From Octopus bimaculoides (lineage: Eukaryota), in contig NC_068981.1 in the NCBI RefSeq assembly GCF_001194135.2, positions 18,629,314 through 18,661,577 of the forward strand: 32,264 bases of DNA. Direction: 5' to 3'. The notes beneath the pieces are model-generated. The model ran no database searches and was not told where the DNA came from. It saw nothing but the letters and a program-made list of their open reading frames with translations. How positions within the stretch are numbered: the stretch's first letter is position 1; each line of letters starts with the position of its first letter. Below, piece after piece: positions 10,703 through 21,913 of this stretch. The translations under genes and the position numbers were made by a program.

Positions 10703-12084
10703 ACTGAACTTAACTGAACTCTCCTCTGGAGTAATTGTAACGGGTGTAGATCATCAGAAGTTGATAGGAAGTTGATACCTAATTACATATGCATATACAA
10801 ACATAAATCTATACGAATGTATATAAGTGTGTGTATGGACATATGTATGCATCATATGTATGTATATATATATATATATATGTGTGTGTGTATGTATCAT
10901 ACATATATACATACATACATGTTTACATGCTTACATATTGGCTTACTATTGTACATATATTTTATTGTAAGACATTTATTTATGAAGATATATGATGATA
11001 ACTGTCCGCAACGTTGATGCCTCTGGTATTAGACTTGCTCTCAAGTAAATAGTTATTCTTTTAATCGTTCGAATCAAAGAAATATTTTTTCATTGAAGGT
11101 AACTAGCAATACTTCATAGAAGCTTCGTTTCATCAGTCAAGAAGATTGCCTTGCTACACGTAACATGGCTAGACGACCTAATAATAACACACAACAACGG
11201 CAACAGCAGCAGTAGCAAGCAGCAGCAACGACGAACGAAAATATATACTGAGCAGAAATAAAAAGAAAAAAAAAACATGTGTGTGTGTTAGTGTACGTGT
11301 CTGAAGTACATGCATACATACAATATATGTACGTATATGTGTTTATATATATGTGTATGTGTGTGTGCATATATATATATATATANNNNNNNNNNNNNNN
11401 NNNNNNNNNNNNNNNNNNNNNNNNNNNNNNNNNNNNNNNNNNNNNNNNNNNNNNNNNNNNNNNNNNNNNNNNNNNNNNNNNNNNNNNNNNNNNNNNNNNN
11501 NNNNNNNNNNNNNNNNNNNNNNNNNNNNNNNNNNNNNNNNNNNNNNNNNNNNNNNNNNNNNNNNNNNNNNNNNNNNNNNNNNNNNNNNNNNNNNNNNNNN
11601 NNNNNNNNNNNNNNNNNNNNNNNNNNNNNNNNNNNNNNNNNNNNNNNNNNNNNNNNNNNNNNNNNNNNNNNNNNNNNNNNNNNNNNNNNNNNNNNNNNNN
11701 NNNNNNNNNNNNNNNNNNNNNNNNNNNNNNNNNNNNNNNNNNNNNNNNNNNNNNNNNNNNNNNNNNNNNNNNNNNNNNNNNNNNNNNNNNNNNNNNNNNN
11801 NNNNNNNNNNNNNNNNNNNNNNNNNNNNNNNNNNNNNNNNNNNNNNNNNNNNNNNNNNNNNNNNNNNNNNNNNNNNNNNNNNNNNNNNNNNNNNNNNNNN
11901 NNNNNNNNNNNNNNNNNNNNNNNNNNNNNNNNNNNNNNNNNNNNNNNNNNNNNNNNNNNNNNNNNNNNNNNNNNNNNNNNNNNNNNNNNNNNNNNNNNNN
12001 NNNNNNNNNNNNNNNNNNNNNNNNNNNNNNNNNNNNNNNNNNNNNNNNNNNNNNNNNNNNNNNNNNNNNNNNNNNNNNNNNNNN

Positions 12085-12129
<45 letters not shown>

Positions 12130-12137
12130 CACATACA

Positions 12138-12487
12138 TGGTTGTGTGGTAAGAAGCTTGCTTACCAACCACATGGTCTTCTACTCTAGCCTCGAGCCAAC
12201 CAGAACTTTGTGAGTGGATTTGGTAGACGGAAACTGAAAGAAGTCCGTCGAATATGTACATATATATGTATATGTTTGTGTGTCTGTGTTTGCATCTCCC
12301 CTCCGCCACCACCATTGCTTGAAACCGATGTTGGTGTGTTTACGTCCCCATAAACTAGTGGCTCGGCTTAAGAGACCGATGGAATAAGTACTTGGCTTAC
12401 CAAGAATAGGTCCTGGGGTCAATTTGTTCGACTAAAGGTGGTGCTCTAGCATGGCCGCAGTCAAATGACTGAAACAAATAAAAGAAT
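12138..12487 (+). mobile_element. SINE family A copy with B-box region deleted
   Basis: TGGTTGTGTGGTAAG...CCACATGGT joined directly to CTTCTAC. Standard body and tail follow. Confidence 0.9.
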
Positions 12488-12706
12488 CTTTGCTACTCTA
12501 GGCACAAGAACCCGAAAATTTTGGGGAAGTGGGGGCGCAGTCGATTAGATCGACCACAGTACGCAACTGGTACTTAATTTATCGACCCCGAAAGGATGAA
12601 AAGCAAAGTCGACCTCGGCAAAATTTGAACTCAGAACTTAAAGACAGAAGAAATACCGCAAAGCATTTCGCTCGGAGTGCTAACGTCTCTGCCAGTTCAC
12701 CGCCTT
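12488..12706 (-). mobile_element. SINE family B (variant tail) inserted in the tail of a family A SINE, 17-bp TSD
   Basis: The reverse strand has the family B head and core. Flanks are GAAACAAATAAAAGAAT (12471-12487) and GAAATAAATAAAAGAAT (12707-12723). Confidence 0.88.
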
Positions 12707-12734
12707 GAAATAAATAAAAGAATAAAAGAAAGAT

Positions 12735-12769
<35 letters not shown>

Positions 12770-13009
12770 TGTATACACATGCACTAAATACGTATATGCA
12801 TGGCGAGGATTATCAAGCGAATGCGTATCGGTATGTTAAGTATAAATTCCTCAAACCGATTTTCAAGAATTATAACGAAACCAATAACGCAATTACAGAC
12901 GAGGAAATGGTTGGTATAGTTACGAATACATTGGATTGTTTGAGAAGTTCACTTGCCATGAGAGATGTTGCACCCGACATTTCGAACTTTGTTCTACGTC
13001 GTCAGAAAG

Positions 13010-13058
<49 letters not shown>

Positions 13059-13134
13059 TAGATAGAGAGAGCGAAGGAGGGGAGAGAGTGATAGAGAGGA
13101 AGGGAGAGAGATAGAGATAGATAGATAGATAGAA

Positions 13135-13189
<55 letters not shown>

Positions 13190-13395
13190 CAGAGAGACAG
13201 ACAGACAGAATGGCATAGCTAAATAGTGTGCTGCTTGTCAAAGCTTTTGAGTTTGCCGTGCCTCGCCAACTTGAACCCTGCAGAGCTTTATAAAGCAGAC
13301 GAAATAGTGTCGCCCTATAAAAGTACCACCTGGGATAGACCTACCACAGTCCCCTATCTACGCAGCTGGGGATAGAGAGACAGATAGATAGACAG

Positions 13396-13464
<69 letters not shown>

Positions 13465-13696
13465 CAGCTAGACAGATAAAGAAAGAGAGAGGCATATTGT
13501 TTGTCAGTCAGAATTCCGTGGCATGGGTTCAAGGAATTGAGATGAAACTAAGTAATGGAAAGCGAAATTGTAAAAGTCAATCCCTGAAACATGACAAGGA
13601 GAAACGGCGACGAATTCAAATATACAAGAAACATGGGAAATCAAAAGAATTGCGAAGCAAAAGCAATTGCAAATATAAAAAGCAATCTATTCAAAT

Positions 13697-13867
13697 AATT
13701 GCAGCGTGGAAGGTGTTTAGAAGCCATTTATAAACATTTTGTCAGTGAACAGATCGCGGTCTCAAAGCGACGAAAATATTTTGGCAAATTAAATTTAAAT
13801 GTTGAAGTGAATCTAACGGTTTTGGTGTGTTTTTAAATGGCTTACAAACACCTTCAACGCTGCAATT
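13697..13867. repeat. Hairpin element with 40-bp inverted arms and 91-nt loop
   Basis: 13697-13736 versus the reverse complement of 13828-13867: 36 of 40 match. Confidence 0.92.
13738..13788 (+). ncRNA. Minimal type I hammerhead-like motif, G3-C8 core variant
   Basis: Stem I TTTGTCA/TGGCAAA (7 bp); core GTGAACA 13745-13751; stem II TCGC/GCGA plus G-C closure with one bulged A; GAAA 13772-13775; palindrome AATATT 13775-13780; H17=U. Confidence 0.72.
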
Positions 13868-14218
13868 GTGTTTGTTTCAGTACACGATCTCAGATCAGGT
13901 CACTTGCTATGCAAGTACATCTCCTTAAATCTATTAAAATATTTAAGAGCTAATAAGGGACCCTCTACTCGATTCGATCGCTCAGCTTACAAGGAACTGT
14001 AGCAAAGTGATCCTCAAACGCTACCTTGGAAATGGTTAAATATACGGGATAGAATAATATTACGTATAGTTTGTCAGAAAAGAAGACAGGGTAATTACGG
14101 GTAGAAAGGCAGGCGGGACGATTTTTACGCGGCACTCAGAAATAATTTTTACATGTGCGAACGTTGTCAGGGAAGGACTTTAGCTACAAATCTACGAAAT
14201 GTCGATTCTAAAACATCT

Positions 14219-14721
14219 TATTCAGATACATTTCACTGGCCACTGAGTTACTTTCCTTTAATTTATTTTTGTTTAAATTATGCAAATTACCTTGCCATAA
14301 ACGTTTTTGACTTCTTTATTTTGTATGTATAAGTATTAGTCCCTTGGCTACTGGAGACAAGGTTGGACAACAATCGTGCTAATGACGGCTATTGAGTCAG
14401 AAACGCGCGCTTGTGATAGTCCTTTTATCCCCAGACAATAAACCTGTCCTTTTATTTAAGGGCATGTCAACTTTAGTGAATACTTAATTCTTGAGATTAT
14501 CGACCCTTGTCTTGTGAAGCTGGTCTTAATTGCCGTTTGGTAATTATAAAACATCCTTTCGAAGCGAAGATAATTTTAATAAATCATGTATTCATGTTGG
14601 ATAGGTATTTGATATACCTGTGTTTATCTATGTTATTCAAATACATGCCACTGGCCACTGAGTTATTTCTTTATTTCTCTTAGCTAATTTTGTTTAAATT
14701 ATATAAAACCAAATATCTTGC
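14219..14721 (+). repeat. Diverged direct repeats (~80 bp) at ~415-bp period
   Basis: CACTGGCCACTGAGTTA at 14234-14250 and 14649-14665; TTTTGTTTAAATTAT at 14267-14281 and 14688-14702. Confidence 0.85.
14370..14420 (+). ncRNA. Inactivated minimal type I hammerhead relic
   Basis: CTAATGA (G5A), stem II GGCT-ATTG-AGTC, GAAAC-GCGC-GCT (U16.1C). Stem I ACAATCGTG/TGTGATAGT has 8 of 9 pairs including G.U. Confidence 0.6.
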
Positions 14722-15107
14722 TAAATCTTTAAGATACTTCCACGTTGTCACCAAACATCAACATTTACGAATACATAATTATTCTTAAATAATGTAGCAT
14801 TGGCATTAATAATGAGGAAAATTGGAAGTGCCATTGTCATCTCCATTCCTACCATCACAAATGTGCACAGAATATATTTGAAAGTAAACACATCACTAAC
14901 TATATTTGTTCTTGCATTTGTTACGTTCGACAATGTTTTGTTTTGTTATATTCATACACGCGTTTACGCACTGTCAGGTTTGCCTGTTTTCCTTTAGAAT
15001 CAGTTGCAAAGTGACAATTTTAGCAGCGTCAGTGATGCCACAGAAAAATGAAAGTCTCATGATATGTATACATTTCCATCTAGTTTACACTAAGATACGG
15101 GTAGAAT

Positions 15108-16025
15108 GATCTCTTGAATATTGTGAAAACCCAAATGGTTTATGATACCCGTTACGTCCTCAACAAGTCGCCCCCTTGCATAGAAAACAACAAATGCATC
15201 AGACACTTTCCAAAACCATTTGTCAACTGAGGGTTATCTCTCTTATAGAAAAAAAAGGTATTGAGTGGACAACATCAAATTAATCACAACTGAATAGTCC
15301 CCTAATTTCTACTGATCGGAACACACCAATTGTTCTTCAATACAGTCCATTAAATACATATTTGAAAATATATCATCAAGGAATCTAACACTGCGACATG
15401 CTCTGACGTAACAAAACTGCAACAATAAAATTACTCAGTCCCAACAAAGACAATGCATCCGGAGTAATGAGGTTTTCTGGCACCTTTTAGTCTTTTCTAT
15501 TTATGAACATATCATAGCATTCAGCAATCTGCTGTCCTCTTGGAAAATGGTCAGCGGTTTAGTTCCAATCTGTCAACTGTTACACAGCAAGCACAAAGTC
15601 CAAGGGACACGACACATTTTCCAAGCTGAGCTAGTATGAACCCTTTGCAAAAATTTGCTGCACTGTCAGGTTCCGTCTTGCTATACATGGGACGAACCAC
15701 AATGGAGACAAAAGAATACAAGTTACTCATGTCGATGTCCAGCCTGACATTAGTTTTGACTGGGCAACTGGAAGAGTCACATCTACAAATCAATAAATAT
15801 TGTGGTGGGTCAAAAAATGTTCACTGTCTTGCAGAATTTTAAAATTCTGGAACCTCCAAGTCTACCATCATTAGACAAAGTCTGAAAAAGGAATCCTCAA
15901 TAATGATAATGCGTAATTTAGATCAGGGTGGCTATGCAATAACACAAACTAAATGGTTAAGATACTCCATGCTATCGAAACAACTATTCTCGCCAATTGA
16001 AATGGTGAAATCATGCCCAGACTCC
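15108..16025 (+). pseudogene. Helitron RepHel relic: Rep C-terminal region fused by deletion to PIF1-like helicase C-terminal region
   Basis: Translated patches: DLLNIVKTQMVYDTRYVLNKSPPCIENNKCIRHFPKPFVN, KYIIKESN, SNEVFWHLLVFSIYE, LENGQR, VPSCYTW, then LEPPSLP, IMIMRNLD, LCNNT, IETTIL. Many stops and frameshifts. Confidence 0.85.
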
Positions 16026-17386
16026 AACAAGTATAAACCAGATGTACTCTCTCGATTTAGAAGATTTCATTCAATTATAAGCTTTGCACACACATGTATG
16101 TACGCGTAGGCATGTGTTTGCGTGTTTATGCAAAGATGTCAAATTTTCCTGAACTAAGGGCTTTTTTCTCGTGAGAGCTATAATCTAAATATATGTATGT
16201 ATATATATATATATATATATATATACGCACACCCACACACACGAAATAACCCACGTGCGATCCACAAAGCAAATCGCACGCATATACACACACACGTACA
16301 CACACATATATATACACATACACACACGTACACAAAAATACAGGCAAACACTGCGAGGAAATCACACCCACACAATACAAACACACACGCACACACACAT
16401 ACTCAAAAACTGCCTGCTTACCTTCCACTGACCATTGTCCACAGGCACTCCCTAACTATTCCTGCTACTAATTCCTTCCACCACGTCACACAAACACACA
16501 CACACACAAACACACACATAGACACTAACAGATAAACAACCAAACCACGCACACACACACACACACATACGCACACACACACACACACACACACATACGC
16601 ACACACACGTTCTGTTATTACACACACACTTGCAGACCCTCGCGCACGCACACATATTCACCTCCCTTTTTCACTCTCCTGTCTTAGAAAGANNNNNNNN
16701 NNNNNNNNNNNNNNNNNNNNNNNNNNNNNNNNNNNNNNNNNNNNNNNNNNNNNNNNNNNNNNNNNNNNNNNNNNNNNNNNNNNNNNNNNNNNNNNNNNNN
16801 NNNNNNNNNNNNNNNNNNNNNNNNNNNNNNNNNNNNNNNNNNNNNNNNNNNNNNNNNNNNNNNNNNNNNNNNNNNNNNNNNNNNNNNNNNNNNNNNNNNN
16901 NNNNNNNNNNNNNNNNNNNNNNNNNNNNNNNNNNNNNNNNNNNNNNNNNNNNNNNNNNNNNNNNNNNNNNNNNNNNNNNNNNNNNNNNNNNNNNNNNNNN
17001 NNNNNNNNNNNNNNNNNNNNNNNNNNNNNNNNNNNNNNNNNNNNNNNNNNNNNNNNNNNNNNNNNNNNNNNNNNNNNNNNNNNNNNNNNNNNNNNNNNNN
17101 NNNNNNNNNNNNNNNNNNNNNNNNNNNNNNNNNNNNNNNNNNNNNNNNNNNNNNNNNNNNNNNNNNNNNNNNNNNNNNNNNNNNNNNNNNNNNNNNNNNN
17201 NNNNNNNNNNNNNNNNNNNNNNNNNNNNNNNNNNNNNNNNNNNNNNNNNNNNNNNNNNNNNNNNNNNNNNNNNNNNNNNNNNNNNNNNNNNNNNNNNNNN
17301 NNNNNNNNNNNNNNNNNNNNNNNNNNNNNNNNNNNNNNNNNNNNNNNNNNNNNNNNNNNNNNNNNNNNNNNNNNNNNNNNNNNNNN

Positions 17387-17720
17387 GGTTCAGTCCCACT
17401 GCGTGGCACCTTCTACTATAGCCTCGAGCCGACCAAAGCCTTGAGAGTGGATTTGGTAGACAGAAACTAAAAGAAGCCCGTCATATATATGTATATGTAT
17501 ATATATGTGTGTTTGTGTGTCTGTGTTTGACTCCCAGCATCCCTTGAAAACCGATGCTGGTGTGCTTACGTCCCCGTAACATAGCGGTTCAGCAAAAGAA
17601 CCCGATAGAATAAGTACTAGGTTTACAAAGAATAAGTCCTGGGGTCGATTTGCTCGACTAAAGTCGGTGCTCCAGCATAGCCGCAGTCAAATAGCTGAAA
17701 CAAGTAAAAGAGTAAAAGAG
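17387..17720 (+). mobile_element. SINE family A copy, 5' end in gap, short internal deletion
   Basis: GGTTCAGTCCCACTGCGTGGCACCTTCTACTATAGCC...AAGTAAAAGAGTAAAAGAG. Confidence 0.9.
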
Positions 17721-18070
17721 AATAATGTTATTGCTGTTCTTTCTATGCCATTTACTGTTTTAAAGTGCATATTTAGGGACTCCAAATCAGTTTCTAAATT
17801 GGTAGATTAGTAAGAAAGTCAGAGTAAATGTTTTGCTGTACCTAGTTGTTGGCTTTTATGTCTTAAGTTCAAATCCTGACAACGTTAACATTGCTTCTAG
17901 CATCGCTAGAGGAAGCTGGCAATCAAGTAATGGCGTCCAAATATATTTCTTTAAGGCATACGAGATGTGAATGGAATTACAATAGAAGACTACGACATTT
18001 TGAGTCCTCATTCAAGCTAGAGAAGAAGGATATTCTTACGATATTTCCCTGTGAGTTCAAACTGTGCGGA

Positions 18071-18470
18071 AGGAGGAGGAGAAGAAGAAGAAGAAGAAAT
18101 AGAAGAAGAAGAAGACGAAGAAGACGAAGAAGAAGAAGAGCAACAACAACAACAACAACAACATNNNNNNNNNNNNNNNNNNNNNNNNNNNNNNNNNNNN
18201 NNNNNNNNNNNNNNNNNNNNNNNNNNNNNNNNNNNNNNNNNNNNNNNNNNNNNNNNNNNNNNNNNNNNNNNNNNNNNNNNNNNNNNNNNNNNNNNNNNNN
18301 NNNNNNNNNNNNNNNNNNNNNNNNNNNNNNNNNNNNNNNNNNNNNNNNNNNNNNNNNNNNNNNNNNNNNNNNNNNNNNNNNNNNNNNNNNNNNNNNNNNN
18401 NNNNNNNNNNNNNNNNNNAAGACGAAGAAGACGAAGAAGAAGAAGAGCAACAACAACAACAACAACAACA
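18071..18470. repeat. (GGA/GAA/GAC)n(CAA)n microsatellite spanning an N gap
   Basis: Read directly. The same ~53-nt sequence lies on both sides of the gap. Confidence 0.95.
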
Positions 18471-18984
18471 TCAACAGGGATCGGTTACGGATCTCATAGT
18501 TCAGGATGGGTTCGAAAAGTTTCGAACAGGAAATAAATCTTCTTTTGATGAAGACAAATTAAGCGAAGCAGTTGAGAAAGATCCCTGCATAGCAGTAGGT
18601 AAGCTGACGGAATAAATGGGGCACAAGGAAATCAATCATTGTCAACTACTTATGTGTGCAGTTGAGAAGAAGAAGAAGAAAAAAAAGATGAACAAATGGA
18701 TTCCGCATGATGTAACTGGGAAACATCAATATCAGCGTTAACAAATTCGCTTTACACTACTTGTATGGAATCCAAATGATCAATTTCTTCAACAGATTGT
18801 CACGTGATAAAAATTCGATTCTTTTCGAAAATCTGCAATGCTTGATCGTGATAAAGTCTCAAAGTATTTATCAAAACGTAAGTTTCAGCAAAGAAAGCTG
18901 ATGATGATATTGTATGGCGGAGTGAAGCAAGCCTCATCCTCTACAACTTCCTTAGTGTCAGACAATCAATCACCGAAAGGAATT

Positions 18985-20350
18985 AACTGTTTACGGTTTA
19001 GTCAAGTGGAAGGGATTGACACCAAAGACTTCTGAGATCGGTGAGATTAGTGCGGTTGATGTTCAGTTTAAACAACTGAAATTTGACAACTGCAGGAGAA
19101 GTAACATAGCAGATCGGGAGAGGAAAATTGAGAGGATAGGTGTTTTGAGAAGGAAAAAATACTGAGCGAAGTAGTCAATACGAATCATAAGGCGAGTAGA
19201 GACAACGTGAGTGACAAGAGGAAAGACAAGTGTATGGAGATTGATAGAATAATACAACTTGGGAAGCAACTGGTTAGCTCAGACGAACGGAGGGAGGGGT
19301 GCATTGTAATTATTCACTGGAAAAGCCGAGTGAGAACATAATGTTTTTGTGGCTCGAGATCGGAGTAGGTTGGAAAGTAACTCCTTGCTAATCAATCGGG
19401 TGGCAATTTTTTTTGTTATCGTCTAGGTTGTTCGTTCGAGTTGCAAAAATACCGTCCCATATGTGGGATCAGCGTTTCAGTTTGGGTCTCATTTAAGCTT
19501 TGTCGAGAGTTAGCAGTAATTGGGGGTTGAAGTATTTCCTGGCTCTAAAGAGGACAGCTAGTCTTTCGGGTCAAAGTTTTGGTACGTTATAAATGTGATA
19601 TCAACAGGTGAGATTATCAGTGATTAATGAGCCTAGCATCAATAGAAACTTTCCGGGTTATAGTTAGATGTCTTCTATGATTAGGGAGGTAGGGCATAAT
19701 GTTGTTTCCTTGATATGCACAATGATTGTCTTTGTTTCATTGGAGACAGAATTGACTTGTTCCGATTGGTGACGGTTTTCGAGATCCTTGTTCATGGAGA
19801 CAAGGTTTAGTGCGAGTGTGTAAGTTGCACGTGGATCACACTTATACGAAGAAGGTTAGGGAAGAGTGAACGGCAGTATCAACTGTATAGGAGTGGGCGT
19901 TATTAGGAATGACAGCAAGTAGATCTTTAAGCTGTGAGATTGGTGACGGTTTTCGAGATCCTTGTTCATGGAGACAAGGTTTAGTGCGAGTGTGTAAGTT
20001 GCACGTGGATCACACTTATACGAAGAAGGTTAGGGAAGAGTGAACGGCAGTATCAACTGTATAGGAGTGGGCGTTATTAGGAATGACAGCAAGTAGATCT
20101 TTAAGCTGCGAGATGGGAGATTATACTTTGTGAAAGTTTGGCGTTGGAGGTGAGAGATAAATCAAGGGATTTGGAATGTCGTGTCGTTCAGAAATACGCT
20201 TTGCAAGGGCAACTAGTTGTTATACAGAACTAATGATAGCAAAATAAATCGCTCCCTTACACGTAGTCACACGAAAGTGTGAGAGAAGTCTGAGCCAAGA
20301 GGAAAGGTGGATACTGAGATCGTCAAGAAAGATAATTTCAGTGGCACCGA
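18985..20350 (-). pseudogene. 5'-truncated LINE (CR1/Jockey-like) reverse transcriptase and C-terminal relic
   Basis: Minus strand: HSYTVDT (YADD decayed), SMNKDLEN, ETKTIIV, RLAVLFRARKYFNPQLLLTLDKA*MRPKL, SHIWDG, IRIDYFAQYFF. Confidence 0.85.
19764..20111. repeat. 174-bp near-perfect tandem duplication
   Basis: 19764-19937 versus 19938-20111 with one mismatch (19935/20109). GAT microhomology at the junctions. Confidence 0.97.
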
Positions 20351-20889
20351 ATTTAGAAATTCAACGAAATACATGGAAATTGTGAAATACAAAGAGTTTC
20401 TGTCAGTGGACAGCGGCCTATTTTTCTCAATAACATATTCATCTACATATGTCAAGGATGGTATTTCAGAAATTAAATGAATTGAAAAATCAAGGCGTTG
20501 CTTTTACCTTTTCTCCAGGAACTTTCTCTTCACTTTTATTTTTGCTGTTCAAGAACACTGATAATATTTTGTTCAATAAACATTTCAAAACCAGACAACT
20601 ACAGAAGAATATTTTCAAAGAATTCATTGACTCTAAACAGACTGATTTCTACAAGACAGTATTCTAAACCTCGATACATATTGATAAAATGCTATTTCAT
20701 CAAATGGAGCATACATTGATTAAAAGAGGGTTTAATCAATTATATCTGATTATATTTTTCCAAGCCTGGCGCTTCAAAACCGATACGATTATTCCGAACA
20801 ATATTTATAATATATGAATACCACAGTAAAACAACATAAAACACCTATGAAGATCAACATGTGACTCTGCCAGGTTATCGATGAGGCAT

Positions 20890-21070
20890 TGAGAGAAACT
20901 GAAGGTGGTCGCTCAGCCTGCTTGAAATAACAGCCAAATCACCCTAAAAAAGTACCTTACCTTCTAAAATAAGCAAAGAAACCTCGTATTAAATAAGGTA
21001 GTCTTACATATTACTAAATAAATAAATAAAAACGGGATGATTACAACAAGAATGCCTTTGATTACAGATC
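20890..21070 (+). repeat. Diverged family D interspersed repeat fragment
   Basis: CGCTCAGCCTGCTTGAAATAACAGCCAAATC and GAATGCCTTTGATTA resemble the reverse complement of 31645-31905. Confidence 0.45.
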
Positions 21071-21479
21071 TAAATCAGGTTTATTCTGACATTAAATAAA
21101 CTGTAACAAGAGCGGCAACTGAACAACCAGGTTGATGTCTAAATTTCAATGAAGAAAACTTACTTCTAAGTGGGAGATTAGCCCCTTCATTATGAGAAAA
21201 ATCTTTTAAATAAAACTAGCAGAATATGCATATAAACTTACGCATACACAAATGCCTGCTGATATATACTCATATACAAATATGGTCGTTATCCACACAT
21301 ACAAGGAAGTAGCTTTGTGTTTTGGTAAGAAGTTATCAAATGACGAATAGATTGTGAGTGACTAATAAGAAGTAGAATGTAAGTAAATGGAAGGTGGAGA
21401 TATTTCTCAGTCACTTTTGACTGGAGTAGCAAACAAAGAAAGTGTGTGAGTAAAAGAAATTAAAACCTTAACAGGCTAC

Positions 21480-21888
21480 TTACTTCATCGACCACAACTG
21501 CTTACCTTCCCAAGCTAACCTGTTATATCTATCGACTTTTCTTTCTTCCTTATCGCATACCTTGTTGTCAGCTGGGCACGCTATATCTATGATCCAGCAT
21601 AGTTTGTTTTCTTTCTCAATTAAGACTATGTCTGGCTTCCTATTCTCAATCTCATGGTCGCACTGAATCATAAAATCCCATAGGATCTTTGCATTTCTAT
21701 TTTCGACAATACCTTCAAGTTTGTGGTCGTACCAATTTTCTTCTCTGTCAAGTCCACACTTGTTGCAAAGTGTCCAATGGACAAGCCTAGCGTCCATTGT
21801 GATATCTCTTATATTCCTTCTGGGCTAGTGGCGTACACTGACTGGTAATATGCCATACAGTATCACCGTTTTGTCATCAGATGCTGCA
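21480..21888 (-). pseudogene. R4/Dong-like non-LTR retrotransposon C-terminal fragment (CCHC knuckle plus restriction-like endonuclease)
   Basis: C..**...TVWHITSQCTPLAQKEYKR, frameshift, then ARLVHW...ILWDFMIQCDHEIENRKPDIVLIEKENKLCWIIDIACP...LWSMK (PD...D motif). Confidence 0.9.
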
Positions 21889-21913
21889 CTTATTCTGATT
21901 CTATTATTATAGT

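Larger units (their letters stand above)
17912..20808 (+). mobile_element. Near full-length mariner transposon relic interrupted by a microsatellite/gap and a LINE
   Basis: KKDILTIFPCEFKLCG (from 18017), NIN, FEKFRTG, KWIPHD, FLQQIVT, VWRSEASLILYNFL (to ~18983). It resumes at ~20356 with RPIFL, QKLNEL, FKEFIDSKQTDFY, NGAYID* (20719). TIR-like sequences at ~17912-17937 and ~20776-20808. Confidence 0.85.

Noticed and set aside
2135-12315. Long ORFs in the track containing X runs
   Set aside because: They are read-through of N gaps and dinucleotide repeats (HTHT, YIYI, SLSL).
18051-18536. Acidic/poly-Q ORF resembling a transcription factor
   Set aside because: It is a microsatellite inside a mariner relic, spanning a gap.
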